64,000 bases of DNA from Spirochaetia bacterium (GTDB lineage Bacteria > Spirochaetota > Spirochaetia > DSM-27196 > Salinispiraceae), in contig JBBRCZ010000007.1 of NCBI GenBank assembly GCA_038204425.1, positions 1 to 64,000 of the forward strand. The letters run 5' to 3'. The stretch's first letter is position 1. The number at the start of each line of letters is the position of its first letter. The translations under genes were made by a program, and so were the position numbers. Positions 55,386-64,000 of the stretch are shown piece by piece. The notes beneath the pieces are model-generated. The model did no database searches, was not told the origin of the DNA, and worked only from the letters and a program-made list of their open reading frames with translations.

Positions 55386-55895
55386 ATGCGATGCTTCAAA
55401 CTATTGGCCTTTGTTGTTGTCACCTTGCTTTTTTACGCCGCCACTGCCCCTGATCTACAGGCTCAAGTCCCAGCTCCACGCTGGATGAGCGCGCTAAGTG
55501 AAGATTTTACAGACAAAAGCTATCTGGCATTTTTGGCCAATGGGCCAAGTCTACAAGCCGCTAGGGAAGATGGACTTGCCCAAATTGCTCGCTATTTTGG
55601 TGTAGAAGTTACCGCACTCAGCGAGGGTAATCTCAGCTACAACGAACGTGGCAACGAAAGCCTTTTAGAAAGTCGTCTGTCCCAGTCGGTTGAGGCCCGT
55701 AGCCGCCAAGACCTCTTTGCCGTCGAATACAGTAGTCCTTACCAGCAAGGAGCAAGTATTTGGCTGGTGGCGTGGATTAAGCGCGAAACCCTATCACTTA
55801 CATTTGAAGCCGAACTAAGCTCTTGCAAATGCTATGACCATCAACCCTGCCATGCGCCAACTGGATCACGTAGTTCAAAAACTTTCTTTGATTGA
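55386..55895 (+). CDS. Exported LPP20-like protein, possibly truncated
   Basis: Signal peptide, PRW and AREDGLAQIARYFGVEV pattern. The last ~25 aa look non-native. Confidence 0.55.
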   Translation: MRCFKLLAFVVVTLLFYAATAPDLQAQVPAPRWMSALSEDFTDKSYLAFLANGPSLQAAREDGLAQIARYFGVEVTALSEGNLSYNERGNESLLESRLSQSVEARSRQDLFAVEYSSPYQQGASIWLVAWIKRETLSLTFEAELSSCKCYDHQPCHAPTGSRSSKTFFD

Positions 55896-55969
55896 CGCTT
55901 GGGCGTCTAGAAATAGAAGGTCAATCCAAGGCTGACTGCCTTGGGCTTGCAGCTCGCGGCAAAGCCTGT

Positions 55970-56296
55970 TTACATTAGGAGAAGGACGACGGCCACCGCT
56001 CCTAGGATACAACCAACGATTTGTTTTGCATTCATTACTTCGCCAAAAAAAATAATGCCGGCCAAGACAACCAGAAACACCACACCAACCGTGGTAATAG
56101 GTCCAACTCGTGACAGCGCATCATTTCGTAGCACAAAGGAATAGAGCACATAGGAACTTCCGTAAAGAGCCAAGGCAACAAACATAATGCCAAGCCACGG
56201 TAACTTAAAAAAAGGCTGTTTGGACGCAACCTTCATCATAACTTGCGCGCCAGCCGAACATACGACAATGCCAATCAACATGAGATAATGCGCCAT
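55970..56296 (-). CDS. Small 4-TM SMR/EamA-type transporter (ArnE/ArnF-like lipid flippase type)
   Basis: 108 aa with AQVMMK in TM1 in place of the SMR Glu, plus LSRVGP and FFGE...G. Confidence 0.8.
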   Translation of the reverse strand: MAHYLMLIGIVVCSAGAQVMMKVASKQPFFKLPWLGIMFVALALYGSSYVLYSFVLRNDALSRVGPITTVGVVFLVVLAGIIFFGEVMNAKQIVGCILGAVAVVLLLM

Positions 56297-56299
56297 GGT

Positions 56300-57178
56300 T
56301 TAGCCTAGGTATTTGTGCAAGAGTCCGAATGTTTCATCGGCGTGCTTTTGAGACGAGAGACCAACCACAACGTTCTTGATTCGTTTATTGGAAAAAAGAT
56401 AGTCGTAGGCTTCCGACGGCTTTAGGCTGCCGGAGGCCAAGGTTGCCATGGCAAGCACGGTGTGTTTGCTGTTGGTGATTGCTTGCTCGGTCGCCAGCCG
56501 ACTTGGATTCATTAGGAAGCCCTTTTTGTTGACCGCGCACATTACCAAGGTTTCATCTATCCCGGCACGCTCCAGGAGCCTGCACATCATTGGATAGTTG
56601 AGTGTGCCAAAGCCAGGTTGCACTTTATAGTGATGTTTAACATAGTCGTGAAAGCTTTTAAGTACTTTGACCATATCGTAGCCAAGACCCATATCCACCA
56701 AGGCGTTGTGCAAAAAAATCGACTTTATGTTGAGTCCTTTAAACGGATCCATCTCTGCATCTACTAATCGATGTGTAATCGCCAGCAGGTTGCCGGTAGC
56801 GAGATTTAAGCTCACGCGTGCCATATAGGCCATTTTTCCAAAAACGTTGCGACGACTAAGCACCTGCTTTATCATGTTGACAGCACCCATTTCGTTGAGC
56901 ATCTGACTGTACTTGAGAATGTAGGGCACATTTACATAGAAAGAAAGTCGATTGCGTAAGCCAGGATCCGCTCGCACCATGTCGGTAATCTGATAAATGG
57001 CCGGGTGCGTAGAAAAAAAGCAAGCGGTCACGCCGTTGTCAACGGCCGCATAGAAGACCTTTTTTATCTCGCCCAAGTCTTTAAATTTTTCGTAGGTCTC
57101 TATGCCCTTGTCTTGGGACATATGATTTACGCCAAAAAACTGATTGTCACCCAAGAGAATGTTGTCAATTGTAATCAT
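56300..57178 (-). CDS. Uncharacterised protein (LLGDNQFFGVNH family), possibly an aldo/keto-reductase-like TIM barrel
   Basis: 292-aa ORF in an operon with an AGGGAG RBS. N-terminal ILLG, C-terminal LAMATLASG and VVVGLSS..H recall AKR-fold proteins. Confidence 0.7.
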   Translation of the reverse strand: MITIDNILLGDNQFFGVNHMSQDKGIETYEKFKDLGEIKKVFYAAVDNGVTACFFSTHPAIYQITDMVRADPGLRNRLSFYVNVPYILKYSQMLNEMGAVNMIKQVLSRRNVFGKMAYMARVSLNLATGNLLAITHRLVDAEMDPFKGLNIKSIFLHNALVDMGLGYDMVKVLKSFHDYVKHHYKVQPGFGTLNYPMMCRLLERAGIDETLVMCAVNKKGFLMNPSRLATEQAITNSKHTVLAMATLASGSLKPSEAYDYLFSNKRIKNVVVGLSSQKHADETFGLLHKYLG

Positions 57179-57203
57179 GCAAAGCTCCCTTAGCGTCTAG
57201 CAT

Positions 57204-58205
57204 TTAGAGGCTAACTTCTTGTTTTTGCTCAGCCGAACGATAGATTGCATCTATGATTCTCTGTACGGCCAAACCAGACTCAAGGGTCGTCTCTATTGGA
57301 ACGTTATGGTCGATAAATTGGGCAAGCTTTTCCATCTGGATGCTAAAGAGTGGCCCACCAATATCGATATAATAGCCTTGATAAAAGTCAGGATAGGACA
57401 TTGTCTCGCTGCGTCCGTCATTAAAGGCTATATCAAGCGTTTGATCTGAGACGGTCAAGGTGCCAAGCTCACCCACAAAGTCGAGTTTGAGATAGAACTT
57501 TCTAAAATTAGGCTTGGACCAAGAAGAACTAATGCGGCCCTTAACGCCGTTTTCAAAAACCAGATCGGCATTGACTTGGTCTTCGACTGACTCGGAGTAC
57601 AATATTTTGGTCTCGGCTTTGACCGAACTCAGTGGCCCAAGAAACCAATACAAGAGGTCAAGAATATGCACTGTGTAGTCGATTACCACGCCGCCGCCGG
57701 AAATAGCTTTGTTAAAACGCCAGCCTTTTTCTTTCTTCATTACGTCAGACAGATAATTTTCGGCATAAAAGCCAGTAATTTTGCCAATATGACCTTGTTC
57801 AATGAGCTTTTTTGCATGAGCAATAGTAGGAATATAGCGAGAACAAAAGCCGAGCATTGCCTTAACCTTGTGTTCTTTGACCACTTTTAGCAATGCCTCT
57901 CCCTGCTCGACTGTATTGGTAAGTGGTTTTTCTATAAAGAGATGAATGCCGCGTTCCGCTGCATACGTCGCAATTGGCACATGAGTTACTGTGGGCGTGG
58001 TCACCAAAATGAGATCCGGCTTGCAATTGTCAATCATCTTTTGGTATGAGGTAAAATAGCGGTACTTGGGCATAAACGACTTAAAGCCCATTAAAATAAA
58101 GCGGGCGGTATCAGCTATACCTACCACTTCCACTCCCGGTATAGCCGAAAGCAGAGCGCCATGGATCATACCCATCTTGCCAAAACCGATAATGCCGACT
58201 TTCAT
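57204..58205 (-). CDS. Gfo/Idh/MocA family oxidoreductase
   Basis: GIIGFGKMG, TTPTVTH, FIEKP and SGGGVVIDYTVHILD. Confidence 0.92.
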   Translation of the reverse strand: MKVGIIGFGKMGMIHGALLSAIPGVEVVGIADTARFILMGFKSFMPKYRYFTSYQKMIDNCKPDLILVTTPTVTHVPIATYAAERGIHLFIEKPLTNTVEQGEALLKVVKEHKVKAMLGFCSRYIPTIAHAKKLIEQGHIGKITGFYAENYLSDVMKKEKGWRFNKAISGGGVVIDYTVHILDLLYWFLGPLSSVKAETKILYSESVEDQVNADLVFENGVKGRISSSWSKPNFRKFYLKLDFVGELGTLTVSDQTLDIAFNDGRSETMSYPDFYQGYYIDIGGPLFSIQMEKLAQFIDHNVPIETTLESGLAVQRIIDAIYRSAEQKQEVSL

Positions 58206-58299
58206 ATTATGACTCCAGTTAGGCTACAGATAGACTACAAATAGTACACGGCTAAGATTATCCAACGGAAATCTGTGCTTGTCAAATCCAATCGCGCTA

Positions 58300-60294
58300 T
58301 CAAAGTGCTACGGGGTTCTGGTGCCAGTTGTAGTACCAAAACAAATCTACCGCCGCTCCCCAATTGTAGTGCGGTTCGCCCGGTGTAAGTAGCTTGTAGT
58401 TGCTGCCCATGTTCTCTACGTGGGTCCGATCGGTGGCAACAATTGCTAAGTGACGCTCACGCGCAAAACTGGCTTGCTCGGTGTAGCCATAGCGCTGCAA
58501 TATTTCGGCATTCCAAAAGTAGACGTGTGGCCAGGTTCGACCGCGCCAATAGCCGTCGGGATCGTAACTTGCTTCGTTATAGGCCACGCTTGGAAACGGA
58601 ATGTCGCCCCAAAACTCCGCCGGATTGAGTAGGTGTCGTTCGATAGTCTGCTTGATGGTGTTGGCGTCCAAGGGAATTCCTGCCCAAAGTGGTAGCAGGC
58701 CAAAAAAAGTTTTGACTTTGTTCTGCTGTCCTTTGGTGTTGATATCGTAAAAAAAGAGGTCTTCTTGATTCCAACACTTCTGCAACAAAATTGTCTCTAG
58801 TCGTTGTGCTTCTTTTTGCCACAAAGTCAGATCTTCTTGCTTGCCAAGAATTTTGGCCATTTCTGCAAGAATTTTGCAATCCTGATACAGATAGCTGGTC
58901 AAATTGACACTGATAAAAGGCGGGATGGGAAAGTTGGTCATGCCAGGCTTTGGACTGTACTCGTCAAAAAGTGGCGAATTGTCAGCCGGATGCCCGCTGT
59001 TCATCCATTCGGGGATTCCGTCGCCGTCACGATCCATGTTGCCAAACCAGCCACGATTAAGTGCCTTGAGATAGGGATAGAGCAACGCAAGATCAGGCTT
59101 GTTGTTGCCACACAAGTGCGCTTTGTAAACTGTCCAGCTGGCGATCGGAGCGTAGCACCCATCTGGTGGTGTTTCTTTTTGGCCATAGACTGGGTAGGCC
59201 ATCAAAATACCAGGCGACAGTCGACCGCCTGAGCAATGTTGCAAAAAGTGAATTACGGCGCTTGCTTGGAGCTCGCCATCGATGACTGACAGCGCGGCAG
59301 CTGAAATCATGTGGTCCCAAAAGAAGTCAGTAGATGCCCAGGTGACAGCACAGGCACACAAACCAAGTGTCTCGGAGAAGTTTCCATAGCCCTTACTGCG
59401 AATGCCTGCGTAAGCCATAGTAATGATGGCCTGTGCAGTCTTGCGGCGCATATGAATACTGTCGTCAGCCGGAATCGGCAATTGGTCAAAATAAGCTTCC
59501 CAACGAGCCACCGCCTGGTCGAGTGACCAAGCCTTAGTTTCCAGCCTAGGTTCTTGCCCGTTGTACTCAACTGCCACGTTTACTTGGGCAAGCCAAGAAC
59601 CGTCATCTTGCTTAACAAAGCGCAACTGACCTTGCCAGTGAAGCTTGTCACTTAAGGCAACATTGCTTGTGGCGAGCTGACCGGTGGTAAAGGCTTGACT
59701 AGGTATAGCAATGCCGTCGTGTAATTCGGCGGATACAAAACCGTCTTGGCAAGCAAACTTAACTCGACCGCGAAAAACGGCGTCAGTCTTGCTTACATAC
59801 ATTAAGTAGGTTCGCGAAAAATCCAGTTCAATTTCTTGACCATCAGCGTACGGTTTGACGCTGGCTTTGGTGCTGACTTCGCCCTGATTGAGGCCACCAA
59901 AAACTATTGCCTCAGGCTCATCGCGCTTGCCACGAGGTATTAGTCGATATTGGATCCTAAGTGCCTTGTCAGACAAAAAGTAGGCGTCTTGCTGCACCTT
60001 CCAGTTATCAGTTTCGCCGTGTACGCGGAAGGCACCCGGCCAATCTTCGCGCAATGTTAGGCCAACTGCTTGGTAGTGGCCGGACTCAAAGATAGCAAGG
60101 CGCAAGAACGGTCTAAAGCTTGGCTTATCGCTAGCCATAGCATGGCCCTTAAAATAAAACTCGTTGACGTCGATCATGTCACTGCCAAAACCACTGATGG
60201 CCATCGGCGAAAAATAGTCACTCAAAACTGACTTGGCTTGGGAATAATCAATTAAGTTACGCATTGCATTGCGCGAAAGAAAAGTCTTTGACAC
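58300..60294 (-). CDS. GH63/MGH1-like (alpha/alpha)6 glycoside hydrolase
   Basis: FFWD, DRDGDG, DNSPLFD, PLWAG and YWRGRTW. GTG start with AAGGAG RBS. Confidence 0.8.
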   Translation of the reverse strand: MSKTFLSRNAMRNLIDYSQAKSVLSDYFSPMAISGFGSDMIDVNEFYFKGHAMASDKPSFRPFLRLAIFESGHYQAVGLTLREDWPGAFRVHGETDNWKVQQDAYFLSDKALRIQYRLIPRGKRDEPEAIVFGGLNQGEVSTKASVKPYADGQEIELDFSRTYLMYVSKTDAVFRGRVKFACQDGFVSAELHDGIAIPSQAFTTGQLATSNVALSDKLHWQGQLRFVKQDDGSWLAQVNVAVEYNGQEPRLETKAWSLDQAVARWEAYFDQLPIPADDSIHMRRKTAQAIITMAYAGIRSKGYGNFSETLGLCACAVTWASTDFFWDHMISAAALSVIDGELQASAVIHFLQHCSGGRLSPGILMAYPVYGQKETPPDGCYAPIASWTVYKAHLCGNNKPDLALLYPYLKALNRGWFGNMDRDGDGIPEWMNSGHPADNSPLFDEYSPKPGMTNFPIPPFISVNLTSYLYQDCKILAEMAKILGKQEDLTLWQKEAQRLETILLQKCWNQEDLFFYDINTKGQQNKVKTFFGLLPLWAGIPLDANTIKQTIERHLLNPAEFWGDIPFPSVAYNEASYDPDGYWRGRTWPHVYFWNAEILQRYGYTEQASFARERHLAIVATDRTHVENMGSNYKLLTPGEPHYNWGAAVDLFWYYNWHQNPVAL

Positions 60295-60497
60295 GGCCGA
60301 CTCCTTGGTTGATGCTGAAAAACTAAGCTCCGATACTATCAGAAAGGGCGCAGCCTTGGACAGTCGCGGCCCGCTAGCAATAAAAACTTGACAAATCCAA
60401 AGTTCCGGGTGAACGTGAGAATGGCCACAGCCACCATATTATCGATCTTACTATAAGACTTATAATATGTGCATCAGTTACCACGTAGGAGAAAGCC

Positions 60498-63107
60498 ATG
60501 AAAAGATTCGCCTTAATTGCCTTAACGATGATCCTGTTCGTTATGACATGTTCCCCACCGTTAGAAGTCTCAATCTCTACCACCATCGATAGTGCTGCCG
60601 CAGTCTCCAGAGCTGCTGAGACAACAAGCACTACACTTGCGAGTCTTCCCCTAAATGGCCGCTACCACATTAGCAACAAATTTTCTGCTAAAGCCCTCAA
60701 GTGTGACGCCTATGCCGGCTCTTCGGTGTACAACAGTGTCTATACTGGCGCTATCAATCAACAATGGAACTTAGTCGCAGTCGGCAACTACTATAGACTG
60801 ACAAACCAAGCCACTGGCCATTCCCTACGAGCAGGAGAATATGGCAATGTGACCACCGAGGTCTTTGACAACGGAGATGATGCACTATTTACCATCAGTA
60901 CTTTTGGCAGCGGATTCTACAGACTGGCGCTCAAAAGCTATCCAAGTCGCTACTGGCGGATTCAGGACAAGTTCGACGGAAACCCGGTAGTTGTCGAAGG
61001 CCAAGGAACTGACGACCGCTACGCGTGGAACCTCATCAACCTTTCGCCGTCGAGCACCACCACCTCGCTGCCGGTTTGGACCAGCACCACCACCTCGCTG
61101 CCGGTTTGGACCAGCACCACCACTAGCGCGCCAATTGGCACAAGCACAACTGTAGCGAGCACCAGCACTACAGTACAATCAAGCACTAGCAGCAGTTCGA
61201 CAAGTTCGAGTTCAAGTAGCTCAAGCAGCAGTTCGACAAGTTCGAGTTCAAGTACTACCTCAACGTCCATTGTTGGTGGTTCACTGCAGCTCGAGGCCGA
61301 GAACTACAGCAATTCTGCTGGAATTACTAAAGGCTCAAGTTTCATTTACTATGTCGACCATAATGACTGGATAAGCTTTAACAATGTCGATTTTGGCTCC
61401 AGCCGCTACAATTCACTAACACTACGCTATGCTTCAGGATCTAGTGGCAAAACAGTTGAGTTTAGACTCGACAGCATTAACGGCGCTCTGATCACCAGCT
61501 ACACTCAGGTAAATACTGGCGGTTATGGCAACTACAATAACTATACTGTCAGTTTTGGCGCCGCATCCGGCGTGCATAATCTATTTGTTGTCTTTAAGGG
61601 CGGCGACGGTGTTGGCAACTTTGACTACTTTAGACTGAGCGGCTCTGGTGGAACTAGTTCCACCATTTCTCCAACATCAAGCAGCAGTACAAGCACCAGT
61701 ACCAGTACAAGTACCAGCTCCACGACTTCAACGCTGGCAGTACTTGGCAACTACAACATGAGTATCCCCAACCCCAATGAAAACAACCCACGCGCCGACA
61801 CTTTGATTGGTGTCAGCACCAGCTCATTCTCCGACGTCAATCTTAGCGCTTCTTCCTTGGCACAGATCGCGCCTAAATTTATGCGCTACTATTTAGGAAG
61901 CACGCTTGTCTTTGACGTTGCCAGCCCACCAAATGGCATCGCCTCCATCCAAGGAACTTCGTATTCTCGCAACCGCGAGTTGACCGAACTGATGGGCGTT
62001 TCCGCTTCAAATTGGAAGTATACACCAGCGCTAAGCTTTGACGAGTTTATTGCGCTTTGCCGCGCAAGTAATGCTCAGCCAGTTGTTATTCTGCCTATCT
62101 ACTCAGCCTACTACAGTGGTAGCAACGTGCACATGACCAGAGAAGTACTCTACACTGCCCACGAAGCCTTTATTCGTTATGCAAACATTACCAAAGGCTA
62201 TGGCGTCAAGTATTGGGAAATCGGCAACGAGGACGATCTCGACCCCGACAATGTCAATGTCAATACCTACGCCGAAGTTTTTAATCAACTTGTGCCGCGT
62301 CTAAAAGCAGTAGACGCTTCAATTGAATGCGGAGCCAACACTTTTTGGGATACCAATCGCTGGAAGGTGCTCTTGCCGCAGATTAAAAACACCATGGATT
62401 TTGCTGTCATACACCAGTATTCAACATTCACTAGTTACAATTCATTTTTGACCGGTAGCATGGCAGACGAAATGATGACCGACCGCTTTAACGCTGCCTA
62501 CAACTCTCTGGCTACTTCACAACGACCAGCTTCAAACAAGATTATTGTAACTGAGATTTCCTCATATAGCGTCAGCGACCCAACCAACCAATATACCAAC
62601 AATACTTGGAAGGGTTTGCACAGCTTCCAATTACTGCTTGATACGGCTAGCCGCAGCAACGTCTACGGCATGACCAATTGGGTGACTTGGTACAACAACG
62701 GCTTGCTGAGGGCCTTTAATGTCTTTGCTGACGCCAGCGAGACCACTCTTTCTCCCGTTGGTTTGACCCTGCGTGTGATGAACCAACACTTGTATGCCAA
62801 TCTCGGCCGCAAATATCAAGTATCTGGTTCGCCAGTAGAAATTTGGGTTTCGCACAGCAACGATCGCAGCAAAATGTCAATCTTTATACTCAACAAGGCC
62901 AGCACTTCGAGTAGAATTGGCCTCAATTTGAGCGGTTTTAATGGCGATCTTAGCAAGAATAAAAAGTGGGTTTATTCAGGAACGAGCGCGGGTTCAACTT
63001 CGCCTAGCTACCAAAATCTTAGCAGTGATGTTTCGGGCCTTGCTAATATCCAGGTCAACGTTCCGCCGCTCGCTTGTGTTATCTACGACTTCAATAGCGC
63101 TAAATAA
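60498..63107 (+). CDS. Modular glycoside hydrolase lipoprotein: ricin/CBM13-like, S/T linker, CBM6, S/T linker, clan GH-A catalytic domain
   Basis: Lipobox VMT-C; NQQW ricin repeats; LEAENY...VDFG...RLDS...GVHNLFVVF (CBM6); KYWEIGNE acid/base and IVTE nucleophile-like motifs. Confidence 0.85.
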   Translation: MKRFALIALTMILFVMTCSPPLEVSISTTIDSAAAVSRAAETTSTTLASLPLNGRYHISNKFSAKALKCDAYAGSSVYNSVYTGAINQQWNLVAVGNYYRLTNQATGHSLRAGEYGNVTTEVFDNGDDALFTISTFGSGFYRLALKSYPSRYWRIQDKFDGNPVVVEGQGTDDRYAWNLINLSPSSTTTSLPVWTSTTTSLPVWTSTTTSAPIGTSTTVASTSTTVQSSTSSSSTSSSSSSSSSSSTSSSSSTTSTSIVGGSLQLEAENYSNSAGITKGSSFIYYVDHNDWISFNNVDFGSSRYNSLTLRYASGSSGKTVEFRLDSINGALITSYTQVNTGGYGNYNNYTVSFGAASGVHNLFVVFKGGDGVGNFDYFRLSGSGGTSSTISPTSSSSTSTSTSTSTSSTTSTLAVLGNYNMSIPNPNENNPRADTLIGVSTSSFSDVNLSASSLAQIAPKFMRYYLGSTLVFDVASPPNGIASIQGTSYSRNRELTELMGVSASNWKYTPALSFDEFIALCRASNAQPVVILPIYSAYYSGSNVHMTREVLYTAHEAFIRYANITKGYGVKYWEIGNEDDLDPDNVNVNTYAEVFNQLVPRLKAVDASIECGANTFWDTNRWKVLLPQIKNTMDFAVIHQYSTFTSYNSFLTGSMADEMMTDRFNAAYNSLATSQRPASNKIIVTEISSYSVSDPTNQYTNNTWKGLHSFQLLLDTASRSNVYGMTNWVTWYNNGLLRAFNVFADASETTLSPVGLTLRVMNQHLYANLGRKYQVSGSPVEIWVSHSNDRSKMSIFILNKASTSSRIGLNLSGFNGDLSKNKKWVYSGTSAGSTSPSYQNLSSDVSGLANIQVNVPPLACVIYDFNSAK
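61053..61254 (+). repeat. Intragenic tandem duplications in the Ser/Thr linker
   Basis: A 30-bp unit AGCACCACCACCTCGCTGCCGGTTTGGACC occurs twice plus a partial copy (61053-61123, STTTSLPVWT). A 31-bp block AGCAGCAGTTCGACAAGTTCGAGTTCAAGTA occurs at 61188 and 61224. Confidence 0.85.
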
Positions 63108-63140
63108 TAGTGCGATCGTGTCCGTAAGGAGATCTGAAGA

Positions 63141-63166
63141 AAGGCCACCCAAAACTGGGTGGCCTT
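63141..63166. terminator. Probable bidirectional intrinsic terminator
   Basis: AAGGCCACCC-AAAACT-GGGTGGCCTT stem between convergent genes. Confidence 0.7.
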
Positions 63167-63169
63167 CTT

Positions 63170-64000
63170 CTATTTTGCGAGTGTCAAGACAAGACTGGCG
63201 CTGGTCCCCTGTCCCTTTTGGCTGCATAGCAGGATCTTGGCATTGTTGCGATGTGCAAGGCTTTGGGCCAATATGAGTCCCATGCCACTGCCGAGCTCGC
63301 GCGATGTACCAATGGTGCTCAATTTGTCTTCTATATGAAACAGTCGATCTAAAGTCTCCTGATCCATGCCGATACCACTATCCTCGACACTAATTTGACA
63401 TAGGGCATCTTCTGAACTAAGTCGTAGCCAAATCTGCGATCCATGGGTACTAAATTTGATGGCATTGGATAGGAAGTTAGAAAGTATTAGTTGGACTGAT
63501 TCGGCGTCCGCAAGGACTCTGAATTCGCCAACCGGATCCATCTCCAATTTGAGTCCTTTTTGTTGGGCAGCATCACTATGCATCGCAATAACTTGCGTTA
63601 CTATTTCCTGTAAATCTATAGCGTCTTGCTTGGGCTGCCAATCCTGCAGTTGAGACTTGGCCCACCACAAAAGTTTTTCCAAAAAGTCGTTGGTTCGTTC
63701 TAAGGAACTGGCAAGTATTTCCAGTTCGGGCAAGTTGGTATGCAGGCCAGAAAGTTTGACCACTAGGTTTTTTCGCACGTAGCGAGCCGCGCCCGAAATT
63801 GGACCTCTGAGGTCGTGTGAGACAATCGCAAAAAACAAGTCCTTGGAGCGCCCTGCTTCCAAAAGTTTTTGATTGCGCGCCTCTATTTCTTGATCTTTTT
63901 GACTAAGCACCTGCATCGATCTGATACCCGTCATCATATAGTAACCAAACAAGGTGATAGTCGAGAGCAAAATTGCACCACTAACATACCAGGCGTTCAC
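63170..64000 (-). CDS. Sensor histidine kinase, C-terminal part (5' end outside the window)
   Basis: TM helix, SHDLRGP, NFLSNAIKFS, DSGIGM and GSGMGL. Confidence 0.9.
   Translation of the reverse strand: MNAWYVSGAILLSTITLFGYYMMTGIRSMQVLSQKDQEIEARNQKLLEAGRSKDLFFAIVSHDLRGPISGAARYVRKNLVVKLSGLHTNLPELEILASSLERTNDFLEKLLWWAKSQLQDWQPKQDAIDLQEIVTQVIAMHSDAAQQKGLKLEMDPVGEFRVLADAESVQLILSNFLSNAIKFSTHGSQIWLRLSSEDALCQISVEDSGIGMDQETLDRLFHIEDKLSTIGTSRELGSGMGLILAQSLAHRNNAKILLCSQKGQGTSASLVLTLAK

Noticed and set aside
60388..60470. Promoter for the GH lipoprotein
   Set aside because: TTGACA and TATAAT are both present but about 70 bp apart, so no correctly spaced pair can be called.
61053..61254. Repeats as a CRISPR array or DGR template
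   Set aside because: They are in-frame coding duplications of a Ser/Thr linker, with no spacers.

Overview
This is a gene-dense chromosomal window from a bacterium that is probably a free-living spirochaete. That is an inference from many lipoproteins with spirochaete-style lipoboxes, a Borrelia-order mevalonate operon, an MCP and a PilZ protein. I saw no integrase, transposase, prophage, CRISPR array or rRNA. From left to right: tRNA-Gly(TCC) facing a partial second tRNA; an SDR; nagB; a mevalonate operon (mvaS-fni-mvaA-mvaD plus a fused phosphomevalonate/mevalonate kinase); a soluble DacZ-type diadenylate cyclase; purC; rlmN; an MCP. Next are a signalling operon (receiver, 69-aa protein, sensor kinase, PilZ) and an operon of two unknown lipoproteins with a divergent peptide-type ABC importer. 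Then come bcp, pbpC with alpha-2-macroglobulin, an Opp operon with degenerate ATPases, an HD-GYP-like protein, a caspase-like lipoprotein, GH3, MATE with a DtxR-family regulator, a Gfo/Idh/MocA-unknown-SMR trio, GH63, a modular glycoside hydrolase lipoprotein and a partial sensor kinase. The best candidate for an undescribed system is the 69-aa ORF at 19996-20205. It looks like a histidine-less stand-alone copy of the DHp hairpin of the adjacent kinase, whose own DHp carries an ~84-aa insertion. All calls come from motif reading; no database searches were run.
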